From Candidatus Hadarchaeota archaeon (GTDB lineage Archaea > Hadarchaeota > Hadarchaeia > Hadarchaeales > Hadarchaeaceae): DNA of 45,481 bases. The stretch covers positions 1 to 45,481 of the forward strand of contig JBFLWG010000002.1 in the NCBI GenBank assembly GCA_040757795.1, given 5' to 3'. The position numbers and the translations under genes were made by a program. Shown here in pieces: positions 8,657 to 17,091 of the stretch (position 1 is its first letter; every line of letters starts with the position of its first letter). A model generated the notes under the pieces. It had not been told where the DNA came from and ran no database searches. It saw only the letters and a list, made by a program, of their open reading frames with translations.

Positions 8657-8922
8657 AGCTGCCTCATCCCTTCGACCACTTTGGTCCCCTCGAAAACCTC
8701 CCTGCCGTGGTCTGTTAGTTTGAATGTCCCGTCCTTCTCGGCTATCAGCCCCCTTTCTGCCAGTGCGCGGACGTACGCCTTCACGGGCCACCAGTTTTCC
8801 GAGCCGTGGAGGGCCTTCAGTTTCCTGAGGCTGACGCTGGTTTCAGTGGCGATTATGTCAAACGCCTTCTTTGCGCCGTCCCTGTCGTCGTTCAGCCAGT
8901 GTATGTCCTCGGATACTGCCAT
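8653..8922 (-). CDS. Small hypothetical protein, probable winged-helix fold
   Basis: 89 aa. The segment VKAYVRALAERGLIAEKDGTFKLTDHGREV resembles a wHTH recognition helix plus wing. Its 3' end overlaps the Sm gene stop by 4 nt (convergent). Confidence 0.45.
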   Translation of the reverse strand: MAVSEDIHWLNDDRDGAKKAFDIIATETSVSLRKLKALHGSENWWPVKAYVRALAERGLIAEKDGTFKLTDHGREVFEGTKVVEGMRQL

Positions 8923-9002
8923 GCTCCCAGCTATATTCCTCCCGGGGGTAAAAAGCCCTTGAAGCGGGGGCGTCTACTTGGGTTTTTAAAGGAGTTCACG
9001 TA

Positions 9003-9287
9003 ATGGAAATTGGTGAACAGTTGAGAGGTTGGTTGCTCCTAGCAGCGGGAATTGTGATTGCCGTGGCGCTGCCCATGTTGGCGATGAGCCAGACAGGATG
9101 GGTGAGGCTCGCCGGTCAAATTGTCTTCTCGATAGAGCTGCTCCTGCTCACGGCGGGGGCCGGGCTTTTCGGTTACATTTGTTTGAAAGCCCAGGCCACC
9201 AAGTGGGGAGTCGGCCTGATCGCCGTGGCGCTGCTGTGCGTCTTGGCAGTTTACATAGTCTGGGCCGGCAGGCTGCCGTTCTTCTAA
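9003..9287 (+). CDS. Small integral membrane protein (3 predicted TM helices)
   Basis: 94 aa, almost entirely hydrophobic (LLLAAGIVIAVALPML, IVFSIELLLLTAGAGLFGYI, VGLIAVALLCVLAVYIVWA). Confidence 0.5.
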   Translation: MEIGEQLRGWLLLAAGIVIAVALPMLAMSQTGWVRLAGQIVFSIELLLLTAGAGLFGYICLKAQATKWGVGLIAVALLCVLAVYIVWAGRLPFF

Positions 9288-9763
9288 AATCCGCCAGGCA
9301 CTATCTCGTAAAGCTTGTGGAAAAGCTCCTTCAGGGCCTCGGTGTGGTCAAGGATTTTTTCCTTGCCGCCGGGTGTCTTGGTAGAGTAAAGGACCTTTAT
9401 CGGCATTATTCTCGAGAGGATTATTGCGACCGAGCCGAGCACAAGGCTCATGGCCTGGGTCCCGCCGCTGTAGTTGATCGTGACCTCGTCGCTTGGCTTT
9501 ATTTTCTCCAGGACTTTCCCGAGAGCGTCGCCGATCGACTCAGGGTCGAAGGCGTCGCAAGGCACGATGTGGAGCTTGCATCTGGCCTTCCTGGCCGCCT
9601 CTTGCAGGACCGCGGAGTTGGGCTTTTTGTAGCCGTGCTCGCTCGCCGTGTACTTGAGCCCGTCGTGCGACGCCACAAGATAGCAGACGTTGGGCTTTCT
9701 CATCTGGATGATGTGCTCAAGCGGGCGCGGGTGGAAGCCTAGCGTCAGGATGGCAACTTTCAT
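9284..9763 (-). CDS. Stand-alone Rossmann-like domain protein resembling the Csa3 N-terminal / CARF fold, with no effector or HTH domain
   Basis: 159 aa. MKVAILTLGFHPRPLEHII (the TLGF start is typical of Csa3-type CARF), CYLVAS, HIVPCDAFDPESI, and EVTINYSGGTQAMSLVLG (GG-T-x-x-M loop). Assignment is by motif recall only. Confidence 0.45.
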   Translation of the reverse strand: MKVAILTLGFHPRPLEHIIQMRKPNVCYLVASHDGLKYTASEHGYKKPNSAVLQEAARKARCKLHIVPCDAFDPESIGDALGKVLEKIKPSDEVTINYSGGTQAMSLVLGSVAIILSRIMPIKVLYSTKTPGGKEKILDHTEALKELFHKLYEIVPGGF

Positions 9764-10008
9764 TCACTTTTCCCCCATTGTTCAGCATTCAGCTGCTTCG
9801 CTCTTTCTTGGAGTTTCATCATTATAAAGTCTCTGGCTTGGGTCCTCTCGATGTCGCTCTTGAACGAGCTCTCCATGTGCTCGAGCCGAGGCTTCGCAAA
9901 CATTTCGAAAGCCGCCTCGATGTCGCGGTCGGTTATCAGGGCGTCCTTCACCTTGTCGGAAAGCAGCTCCGCCGCCTTCTGCACTATCCAATCCAGCTCA
10001 ACGTCCAT
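9760..10008 (-). CDS. Small all-helical hypothetical protein, co-transcribed with the CARF-like gene
   Basis: 82 aa, charged and helical. Its stop overlaps the start of 9284..9763 by 4 nt. Confidence 0.45.
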   Translation of the reverse strand: MDVELDWIVQKAAELLSDKVKDALITDRDIEAAFEMFAKPRLEHMESSFKSDIERTQARDFIMMKLQERAKQLNAEQWGKSE

Positions 10009-10058
10009 CCAATCCGAACACTTTTAGTCCCCCCATGTTTAAATGGGGTGCGGAAAGC

Positions 10059-10577
10059 ATGGATGTCTTCGAAGCGATGAAGGCGAGGAGGAGCGTGCGG
10101 GCCTTCAAGCAGGAGCCCCTTGCAGAGGGCGACCTGGAGAAAATCCTTGAGGCCGCCAGACAGGCGCCTAGCGCCGGGAACACACAGCCGTGGGATTTTG
10201 TGGTCGTGGGGAACGAGCATGTGAAGGAGGGGCTCGTCCATGCGTCGGGGCAGAAGTTCATCTCGCAGGCCCCTGTCGTCGTTGTGGTCTGCGCTGACAC
10301 TAAAAGGGCTTCCGCGGCTTACGGGAAGCGCGGGGGCGAGCTCTACTGCATCCAGGACACTGCCGCGGCTGTCGAGCACATCCACCTTGCGGCTGTCGCT
10401 TTGGGGTATGGTACCTGCTGGGTGGGGGCCTTCGACGAGGGGGCGGCTGCCAAGGCCATAGACGCTCCAGAGGGCGTCAGGCCGGTGGCGATCATCCCGA
10501 TGGGGCGGCCGGCGGAAAAACCCAAACCCACTTCCAGGCTGCCGTTGGGAAAAATTGTCCACGAAAACGGTTTTTGA
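10059..10577 (+). CDS. Nitroreductase-family flavoprotein (NADH oxidase/nitroreductase-like)
   Basis: MDVFEAMKARRSVRAF...PSAGNTQPW...CWVGAF are typical nitroreductase blocks. ATG 10059 is preceded by GGGGTG; the ORF-track ATG at 10035 is an alternative. Confidence 0.85.
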   Translation: MDVFEAMKARRSVRAFKQEPLAEGDLEKILEAARQAPSAGNTQPWDFVVVGNEHVKEGLVHASGQKFISQAPVVVVVCADTKRASAAYGKRGGELYCIQDTAAAVEHIHLAAVALGYGTCWVGAFDEGAAAKAIDAPEGVRPVAIIPMGRPAEKPKPTSRLPLGKIVHENGF

Positions 10578-10591
10578 CGGCATATATTGCA

Positions 10592-10607
10592 TGTCAAACG
10601 TTTGACA
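10592..10607. repeat. Perfect 16-bp palindrome TGTCAAACGTTTGACA between convergent genes; carries the same CGTTTGACA motif as 8298-8334
   Basis: Direct reading. A related half-site, GTTTTTGACGG, lies at 10571-10580 and spans the nitroreductase stop codon. Confidence 0.6.
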
Positions 10608-10653
10608 AAGCTACTTTTGGGTAAAATCGTGTAAATTCACTTTTGATTTCAAC

Positions 10654-11565
10654 TCAGCCGACACCCAGCAACTTCGGCTTTTCAGAATAGACCTTTGAAA
10701 TGATGACCTGGCTCGAATGCACATATCTGAGGAACGCTCGCCTCACCTGAGGGGCGCTGCTTTTCCTGGCCATCGCAAAAACCGCCCTGCCGATCATCGC
10801 TTGGCTCGCCCCCACGGCCCCGGCCCTCTCTGCGGCGGCGATAATCCTTTGCAGCTCCTCGTCGAGAAGCCCCAACCCCTCGGCAAACACGCGGGACTCA
10901 GATATGAAAGTGCTGAGAGTCGGCTGCCTCAGCAACCTCTCCACGGCCTTTCCACCCAGCTCTTCGGCGTTTTTCCTGAAATTCCTGCTCGACAGGAAAG
11001 ACTTTGTTGAGAGCGGCCCCAGCGCAGCACAGACTACCCGGATGTCGGCTGGGACGGGAATTTTCCGCCACGCCCCGTGAGGCGGCGCGCCGGGCCTCAC
11101 CCCAATCACCAGGCCGCCGAAGGCCTGCGCCCCAACGTCGCCAAGCCCTGTGCGGCATTTGACCTCCGCCACGTGGGCAATCCTGACCATCTCATTTCTC
11201 GGTACCCCCACCCCAATGGCTTTTGAAATGGCGAACGCCGCGCCAAGCGCTCCTGCCCCGCTCGCGCCGAAGCCCGCCCCAACCGGGACCTGGCAGATGT
11301 GATCGACCTCGATTTCATGATCTCCCTTGGCAAGCTCCAAAATCTTCCCAACGACATATGATGTTGTGTCCGCCCTGATCCTTTCGCCGTCGATCCCAAT
11401 CTCCAATGATGTTCTCGCCGCCGGTTCGGCTTTCACCATGGTGAGGACTCCGGCGTCAAGGCACGGCCCGCAATTCTTGGAGCCCGCGCGCTCGGGCAGC
11501 CTGGCCACGCAGGGCTGGAAAAATCCCGAAATGTGGGCGGGAACAAAGGCAAAGGCCAGCATCAC
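10654..11565 (-). CDS. Pantoate kinase (archaeal CoA pathway, GHMP kinase family, COG1829-like)
   Basis: N-terminal AHISGFF, GHMP motif VPVGAGFGASGAGALG, and its position immediately downstream of coaBC with a 4-nt overlap. Confidence 0.75.
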   Translation of the reverse strand: MMLAFAFVPAHISGFFQPCVARLPERAGSKNCGPCLDAGVLTMVKAEPAARTSLEIGIDGERIRADTTSYVVGKILELAKGDHEIEVDHICQVPVGAGFGASGAGALGAAFAISKAIGVGVPRNEMVRIAHVAEVKCRTGLGDVGAQAFGGLVIGVRPGAPPHGAWRKIPVPADIRVVCAALGPLSTKSFLSSRNFRKNAEELGGKAVERLLRQPTLSTFISESRVFAEGLGLLDEELQRIIAAAERAGAVGASQAMIGRAVFAMARKSSAPQVRRAFLRYVHSSQVIISKVYSEKPKLLGVG

Positions 11566-12779
11566 TTCGCCTTCAGCTTCTTCATGGCGGCGTCAAAAAT
11601 GGCCCCCGCGATCTCCTGCTTGGTCGCGCGCATGTGTTTGGTTTCGGAAGGCGTCAGCAGGGCCACCTCGTTCGTGTCGGTCCCGAACCCTGCGCCTTCG
11701 CGGGAAACATCGTTGGCCACCACCATGTCGATCCTGTGCTCGCTAAGCTTCGCCCTGGCAACCGCAACAAGCTGCTTGTCCGTCACGCCGTGCTCGGCCT
11801 TGAAGCCTATGACGATGGCCTTCGGCGCTCTCCTCCTAGCCCCGTCGATTATCCTTGGAGCTGGCTTCAACCTAAGTGTGATCTCCCGGGTGTGCCTCAG
11901 CTTGGCTTTCGACGGCTCCTCCACGACAAAGTCCTGCGGCGCCGCGGCGCAGGCCACTATGTCCGGCTTTTTCAGCAGTTCTTTGTCAAAAGCCTCCTTC
12001 ATCTCCTGGGTTCTCTCGACCCTGATGGTCCTGACGCCTGACGGGGGTGTTTCTCCGCCTGGCCCATAGACCAGCGTGACATCCGCCCCCCTCATGGACG
12101 CCACCCTTGCCAGCGCCAGCCCCATCTTCCCCGTGCTCCTGTTTGTGATAATCTTGATCGGGTCGATTGGCTCGATCGTCGGGCCAGCTGTGATCAGGAC
12201 CTTTACCCCCTCCATGTCTTTCGGGCCTAACAGGTTTACAACGAAATTCACAACCTCCTCGACATCTGGGAACTTTGCCTTGGCCTCCTCCACCCTCGGC
12301 TCCAGAATTTGGACGCCTGCCGAGAGGAGCCTGTCAAGATTCTCCTTCAGAAGTTTGTGGTCGTACATCGAGCCGTGCATGGCCGGTACGATTGCGACCG
12401 GCTTTCCCAACCCCATTGCAACCGAGACAGCTGAAGTCACAGGGGTGTCGTCAACCGCCCATGAAATCTTGCCTATGGTGTTCGCTGTAGCTGGTGCAAC
12501 TAGAACCAAGTCCGCCCACTGCCCGATAGAAACATGCTCTATCTTCCCCGTGAGTTCAGTGACGACATCGTTCCCAGTGGCCCAGTGCATAAGCTTGGGC
12601 GTGACCAGCTCCGCGGCGTCGTCCGACATCACGACTCTGACATCTGCGCCTCGCCTCATCAGCTCCCGCGCGAGCTCCGGGGACCTTGAAATGGCGACGC
12701 TTCCCGTGAGGCATAGGACTATCCTCCTTCCCTCAAGCTCCCGGCCCTTGGTGCCCCTAATGTCGTGTGAAGGGTGCAT
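11562..12779 (-). CDS. coaBC: Bifunctional phosphopantothenoylcysteine decarboxylase / phosphopantothenate-cysteine ligase
   Basis: 405 aa. Flavoprotein N-domain (IVLCLTGSVAISRSPELARELMRRGADVRVVMS) and CoaB C-domain (ITAGPTIEPIDPIKIITNRSTGKMG). Confidence 0.9.
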   Translation of the reverse strand: MHPSHDIRGTKGRELEGRRIVLCLTGSVAISRSPELARELMRRGADVRVVMSDDAAELVTPKLMHWATGNDVVTELTGKIEHVSIGQWADLVLVAPATANTIGKISWAVDDTPVTSAVSVAMGLGKPVAIVPAMHGSMYDHKLLKENLDRLLSAGVQILEPRVEEAKAKFPDVEEVVNFVVNLLGPKDMEGVKVLITAGPTIEPIDPIKIITNRSTGKMGLALARVASMRGADVTLVYGPGGETPPSGVRTIRVERTQEMKEAFDKELLKKPDIVACAAAPQDFVVEEPSKAKLRHTREITLRLKPAPRIIDGARRRAPKAIVIGFKAEHGVTDKQLVAVARAKLSEHRIDMVVANDVSREGAGFGTDTNEVALLTPSETKHMRATKQEIAGAIFDAAMKKLKAK

Positions 12780-12864
12780 AATTTCCTTACTATGAAAACC
12801 TCATTGCCTTTAAACCTGTCCCGTGTTTTTTTGCCTGATGATTTAGAAAATCATTTGACACGCT

Positions 12865-13350
12865 TCACTGTACGTGCGAAGTCTTCAGGATTTTCCCACG
12901 CTGGTCCATCTCGCCGTACCTGATTCTAATCGAGGAAATCGGGCGCCCGTCCTCCGATGGGACAAACGGAACTTCCACCACAGAAAGCTGCGGCAGCCCC
13001 TTGGATGCCCTCAGCCTGTTGAGCTCCTCGGCCTTTGGCCTGGTCTCCGGGCTCACGACGATCGCCTCCGCCCCCCTGTCGCTGGCCGCAGGCCCAAATG
13101 GATCGAAAAGCACCGCCAGCTTGGCGCGGGGCAGCCACCCCTTCTGCTTCAAAAAGTCCAGCACCATCCACATCCTCATCGAAAGCGGCTGAATCCCGGC
13201 AGAGTCCTTCATCAGCAGCTCCTGCATCTCGTCCGAGCAGATTCCAAGCTCCACCTCTTCACCCACCTCGAAGGCCTTGCTCAGGAGCGCGGCGTGGCCG
13301 TCATGGAAGTAGTCAAAAGTCCCGCCGACGACGACCTTCCTGAACTTCAC
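12865..13350 (-). CDS. Phosphopantetheine adenylyltransferase, archaeal/eukaryotic type (cytidylyltransferase fold)
   Basis: VVVGGTFDYFHDGHAALL nucleotidyltransferase motif. Start placed at GTG 13350, which overlaps the proA stop as GTGA; the ORF-track start at 13368 would overlap proA by 22 nt. Confidence 0.8.
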   Translation of the reverse strand: MKFRKVVVGGTFDYFHDGHAALLSKAFEVGEEVELGICSDEMQELLMKDSAGIQPLSMRMWMVLDFLKQKGWLPRAKLAVLFDPFGPAASDRGAEAIVVSPETRPKAEELNRLRASKGLPQLSVVEVPFVPSEDGRPISSIRIRYGEMDQRGKILKTSHVQ

Positions 13351-14672
13351 TTGACTGCCTCGCTCCACTTCTTCCTGATGGGCCTGTGCGTGAAACGCCT
13401 CGCGCGCGGCCCGATGTAGTCCGAGACCCTGTGCCCGCGCCCGACCACGTAATACTTCGTCGTCGTCAGCCCTTCCAGCCCCATCGGCCCCCTGGCGTGC
13501 AGCTTCCCCGTGCTTATCCCGACCTCCGCACCAAGCCCATATCGGTACCCGTCACTGAACCTGGTCGAGGCGTTGACCATCACGCTCGAGGAGTCCACTC
13601 CCGCCATGAACTCGAGCGCCGCCCCATGGTCGCGCGTGACGATGGCGTCCGTGTGCTTGGAGCCATAGTTGTTGATGTGGTCGACCGCCTCCTGCAGCGA
13701 GTCCACCACCTTGATCGAGATGATGAGGTCCAAGTACTCTGTGCCCCAGTCCTTCTCGGTGGCCGGCTTCACCCCTCGCAAAATACTCCGCGTCCTCTCG
13801 TCCCCCCTCATCTCCACCTTGGCCGCCCTGTAGCGGAACGCCAGCTTCGGAAGGAACTCCTTGGCGACCTTGGAATGCACGAGCAACGTCTCTGCGGCGT
13901 TGCACACCGCGGGGTACTGGACCTTCGCATCATAGCTTATTTCAACGGCCTGCTTCAGGTCGGCGTGCTCGTCGACATAGACGTGGCAGATGCCCTCGGC
14001 GTGCCCAAGAACCGGTATGCGTGTGTTGGCCTGGATGTACTTGATGAACTCGCTGCTCCCGCGCGGGATCAGGAGGTCCACCTTGCCGTCCAGCTTGAGC
14101 ATCTCCTTCACCTCTTCCCTCTCCTCGATCATCTGTATCCAGCCCTCCGGAATGCCGCTCGCCTCAGTCTCCCTTTTTATCAGCTCGTACAGGGCGCGGT
14201 TGGAGTGCCCGGCCTCGGCGCCGCCCTTCAGTATGACGGCGTTTGCTGACTTTAGGCACAGCGAAGATATCTGCGGCAGGGCGTCAGGCCTAGCCTCGAA
14301 GACTGAGCCGATGACTCCTATGGGGCATGTGACTTTGTAGACCTCCAGCCCCTTGTCCATCTCCATCGCGTAGACCGTCTTGCCTATCGGGTCCTTCAGC
14401 CTGGCGACGCTCTCCACCATCTCTGCGATGCTGTCCATCTTCCCCTCGCCCAGCTTCAGCCTCTGGATGAATGCCTTGGATACTGTCCCTCGCTGACGGA
14501 GGGCCTCTGCCTCCCGCAGGTCCTCCGCGTTCGCCGCCCAGATTTTTTTCTTGCTGTCCCTGATTGCCTTGGCCACGCTAATGAGGGCGGAACTCCTGAC
14601 TCTGTCAGGGACATTCGCCAGCTTCAGTGAGGCTTCCCTTGCGGCTTTCGCCTTCTTTAGAACATCACCCAT
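13347..14672 (-). CDS. proA: Gamma-glutamyl phosphate reductase
   Basis: 441 aa aldehyde-dehydrogenase-like protein. PIGVIGSVFEARPDALPQI, AVILKGG and VNASTRFSDG blocks. Confidence 0.9.
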   Translation of the reverse strand: MGDVLKKAKAAREASLKLANVPDRVRSSALISVAKAIRDSKKKIWAANAEDLREAEALRQRGTVSKAFIQRLKLGEGKMDSIAEMVESVARLKDPIGKTVYAMEMDKGLEVYKVTCPIGVIGSVFEARPDALPQISSLCLKSANAVILKGGAEAGHSNRALYELIKRETEASGIPEGWIQMIEEREEVKEMLKLDGKVDLLIPRGSSEFIKYIQANTRIPVLGHAEGICHVYVDEHADLKQAVEISYDAKVQYPAVCNAAETLLVHSKVAKEFLPKLAFRYRAAKVEMRGDERTRSILRGVKPATEKDWGTEYLDLIISIKVVDSLQEAVDHINNYGSKHTDAIVTRDHGAALEFMAGVDSSSVMVNASTRFSDGYRYGLGAEVGISTGKLHARGPMGLEGLTTTKYYVVGRGHRVSDYIGPRARRFTHRPIRKKWSEAVK

Positions 14673-15469
14673 CAGTCCACCCTCGGCAGAAACATTGTCC
14701 CGACTTCCTGCCCCCTGATGATCCTGCCTAAAACATCCCTTGCGGCCGCGTTGGCTATCACCACTGCTGTCCCGGCCTCCGATGCCATGCGGGCGGCCTG
14801 AACCTTCGTGAACATCCCGCCGAACCCGCCGGACGACTTTAGGACGGCCCGCTCTATCTTGGGAGTGACCCTTCTTACCAGAGGTATTATGTGGCTTTTC
14901 CCGTCGCTGGGAGCGCCGCTGTAGAGCCCGTCGACATCGGATAAAATCAGCAGGAGGTCAGCCTTCGCACCCTTCGCGACGTATGCTGAGAGGATGTCAT
15001 TGTCGCCCAGCTTGATCTCTTCCACCGCCACGGTGTCGTTCTCGTTTATTACCGGGACCACCTCCCACTTCAGTAGGATCGAAAGTGTGTTTTTGAAGTT
15101 GCTGTACCTGGCAGAGTCCGTGAAGTCCTCGGCTGAGAGTAGCATCTGGGCGGTTGGCTGCTTCCAGTGGCTGAAGTGCTTCTCGTAGGTCTGCATCAGG
15201 AGGCCCTGTCCCACGGCCGCCGAAGCCTGGAGGAGCGGCAGCTGCTTGGGCCGCTTGGCAAGCCCCATCCTGCCCATCCCCGCCCCCACGGCCCCGGATG
15301 TCACGACAAGAACGTCCCTCCCCTGCTTCCTGAGGACCATGACGTCCGAGACAAGCTTCTTAACCTTGTTCTCGTCTAGCTTGGAGTCTGCGGTCAGGCT
15401 TTTTGTGCCGACCTTAACAACGACCCGCCGGGCCTTCCTCAGGTCCTTCCTTCCTGAAATCACATTCAC
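14672..15469 (-). CDS. proB: Glutamate 5-kinase (short form without PUA domain)
   Basis: VVKVGTKSLT...VVTSGAVGAG...VPVINENDTV amino-acid-kinase motifs. GTG start. The stop overlaps the proA ATG (TGATG). Confidence 0.9.
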   Translation of the reverse strand: MNVISGRKDLRKARRVVVKVGTKSLTADSKLDENKVKKLVSDVMVLRKQGRDVLVVTSGAVGAGMGRMGLAKRPKQLPLLQASAAVGQGLLMQTYEKHFSHWKQPTAQMLLSAEDFTDSARYSNFKNTLSILLKWEVVPVINENDTVAVEEIKLGDNDILSAYVAKGAKADLLLILSDVDGLYSGAPSDGKSHIIPLVRRVTPKIERAVLKSSGGFGGMFTKVQAARMASEAGTAVVIANAAARDVLGRIIRGQEVGTMFLPRVD

Positions 15470-15494
15470 ACCTCAGTCAACCTTCCCAGTCGGG

Positions 15495-15503
15495 ATAAAT
15501 AAA
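15495..15503 (-). promoter_or_regulatory. TATA-like box (TTTATTTAT on the minus strand) about 30 nt upstream of the proB GTG; implies a near-leaderless transcript
   Basis: AT-rich element in an otherwise GC-rich spacer, at the spacing expected for archaeal TATA-to-TSS. Confidence 0.35.
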
Positions 15504-15552
15504 AGTGCCTTTGGCGGGCCGCCCGGCATTTTTTCGCCCCAGCCTCAACAAG

Positions 15553-15559
15553 TTTATAA
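15553..15559 (+). promoter_or_regulatory. TATA-like box (TTTATAA) about 34 nt upstream of ATG 15590
   Basis: Sequence and spacing only. Confidence 0.35.
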
Positions 15560-15589
15560 CTCGCACCGCGGATTGATGCATGTGAGGAC

Positions 15590-15970
15590 ATGGAAATATC
15601 TTGGGAGAAACCAGTTCTGGTGTTTTACGAGGACAAAAGTGACGACCCACAAAGGAAAGCTTTCCTTGTTGTAAAAGCGAAAAAGCTGGTCGTGAACAAG
15701 GAAAGCGGCAGCGACGTGAAAGGCAGCCTGCACGATTTTTTCCCTCTGATGGGCGACGTTGACCAGCTATACAAGCACGGCAAAAGCTCGTCCACATGCA
15801 TAGTCTGCTGGATGGACGACCGCGAGGAAGATTTTGACAGGGCCTGGCGGCGCATGGATGGAGTGAAGTTTTCGGCTGCGGAGTCAAAGGAAGGCAGGTC
15901 TGGCAAGTTTGGGGAACCAAAGCGCACTTACAACGCCGAGTTCACATGTAAGGGCGCGAAACTTGAGTGA
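15590..15970 (+). CDS. Hypothetical protein, no recognisable family
   Basis: 126-aa ORF with its own TATA-like box and a GAGG just before the ATG. Coding status rests on ORF length and the lack of a better-supported overlapping gene. Confidence 0.4.
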   Translation: MEISWEKPVLVFYEDKSDDPQRKAFLVVKAKKLVVNKESGSDVKGSLHDFFPLMGDVDQLYKHGKSSSTCIVCWMDDREEDFDRAWRRMDGVKFSAAESKEGRSGKFGEPKRTYNAEFTCKGAKLE

Positions 15971-15972
15971 AG

Positions 15973-17091
15973 TCAGCTTTTGCACCACTTCGTCACGGCT
16001 TCGAAAAGTTCCGCCCCGTCAGTCTGCTCCAACTTGAACTCGTCCCCGCGCTTCGCGTACCGCTTCGCCACGAGATCGGGGTCGGCCATCTCAGGCTTGA
16101 AACCAGGCAGCTCTTTCCAATCGAGCGGCATTGAAATCAACCCAGTCCTGTAGTGCATCGAGTAGGGCGCCCGGATGTCCCCCATCGGCTTTATTATTGA
16201 CGCGTCGAGCAGGACCTTCCCCTGCCGCGCCTCCTTCTTCGCAGTTTCTGATGTTGTTACGCCAGGAAGCTTCTCCGCAACCCGTGACTCAATAAATCTC
16301 ACGATGTCTGAATAAAATCCAAACATGTTCTTCTCCCTCTTCCCCGCCCTCAGTTTTTTTGGTTGGTAATCTTTTGGCAAATCGTGCTGTTTGAACCTCG
16401 CCCAGATTTGGAACCCGCGGGAGCCTGAGAATTTTATCTTCGGCCCAACGCCATAACTCCTCAAGACACCATAAGCTTCCCTGACAACCCTCTTCGTCTT
16501 ATCCATTGGTACATCTTTTCCCGCGTCGAAATCCACGACAAGCCAGTCGGGGCGGTCGCTGCCAATCTCATGGATGTATGGAATGAAGTCTATGCCATGG
16601 ACATCTAGCCACTTCTCAATGTCGGCACTGCTTTTGATCATTATGTATTTCGGCCCGAGCTTCCGCTGCAGCCAGGCCTTCCCCGTGAAAAGCCTGAAGA
16701 CCGAGACCCACCTGTCGCGGCATAACTCCAAGATGGTATCCGCCACATGAGGGTAGTAACTCTTGGCCCTGTAGACCTTCAGATAGTCCTGGTTCAGGCG
16801 GTCCTTCACTTCCCGCCATCTCTTTTCGAAATGCATGCGTCCGGCCTCTGTGACGGAGTACTCATCCGCTTTTTCCTCCACAAGCCCTTTTTTGACCAGG
16901 CCTTCGAGCAGAACTTTTGTTTCATTTTCGCCGAAGCTGCGTCCGGCGTCGCGGCTCAACTTCTCCCTGACATGCACCAGATCGACAAACTTGCCGCGGC
17001 GCTTTATCGCAAGTGAAGTCAAAATATGGTCGTCTGGCCCGGCCTTCGGCATCTTCACACTATCCTGGATCCCAGGTTCACTCGGGCGCAA
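15973..17091 (-). CDS. Winged-helix + archaeo-eukaryotic primase (AEP) superfamily protein, LigD-polymerase-domain / PrimPol-like
   Basis: N-terminal wHTH-like segment (LLEGLVKKGLVEEKADEYSVTEAGRMHF). AEP motif I WLVVDFDAG, motif II FSGSRGFQIW (Gln where His is usual), motif III VLLDASIIKPMGDIRAPYSMH. Alternative start at ATG 17052. Confidence 0.7.
   Translation of the reverse strand: MRPSEPGIQDSVKMPKAGPDDHILTSLAIKRRGKFVDLVHVREKLSRDAGRSFGENETKVLLEGLVKKGLVEEKADEYSVTEAGRMHFEKRWREVKDRLNQDYLKVYRAKSYYPHVADTILELCRDRWVSVFRLFTGKAWLQRKLGPKYIMIKSSADIEKWLDVHGIDFIPYIHEIGSDRPDWLVVDFDAGKDVPMDKTKRVVREAYGVLRSYGVGPKIKFSGSRGFQIWARFKQHDLPKDYQPKKLRAGKREKNMFGFYSDIVRFIESRVAEKLPGVTTSETAKKEARQGKVLLDASIIKPMGDIRAPYSMHYRTGLISMPLDWKELPGFKPEMADPDLVAKRYAKRGDEFKLEQTDGAELFEAVTKWCKS

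Noticed and set aside
12834-12842. C-box-like CTGATGA upstream of coaBC: possible C/D-box sRNA.
   Set aside because: No D box (CTGA) or C'/D' elements lie at an appropriate distance on that strand.
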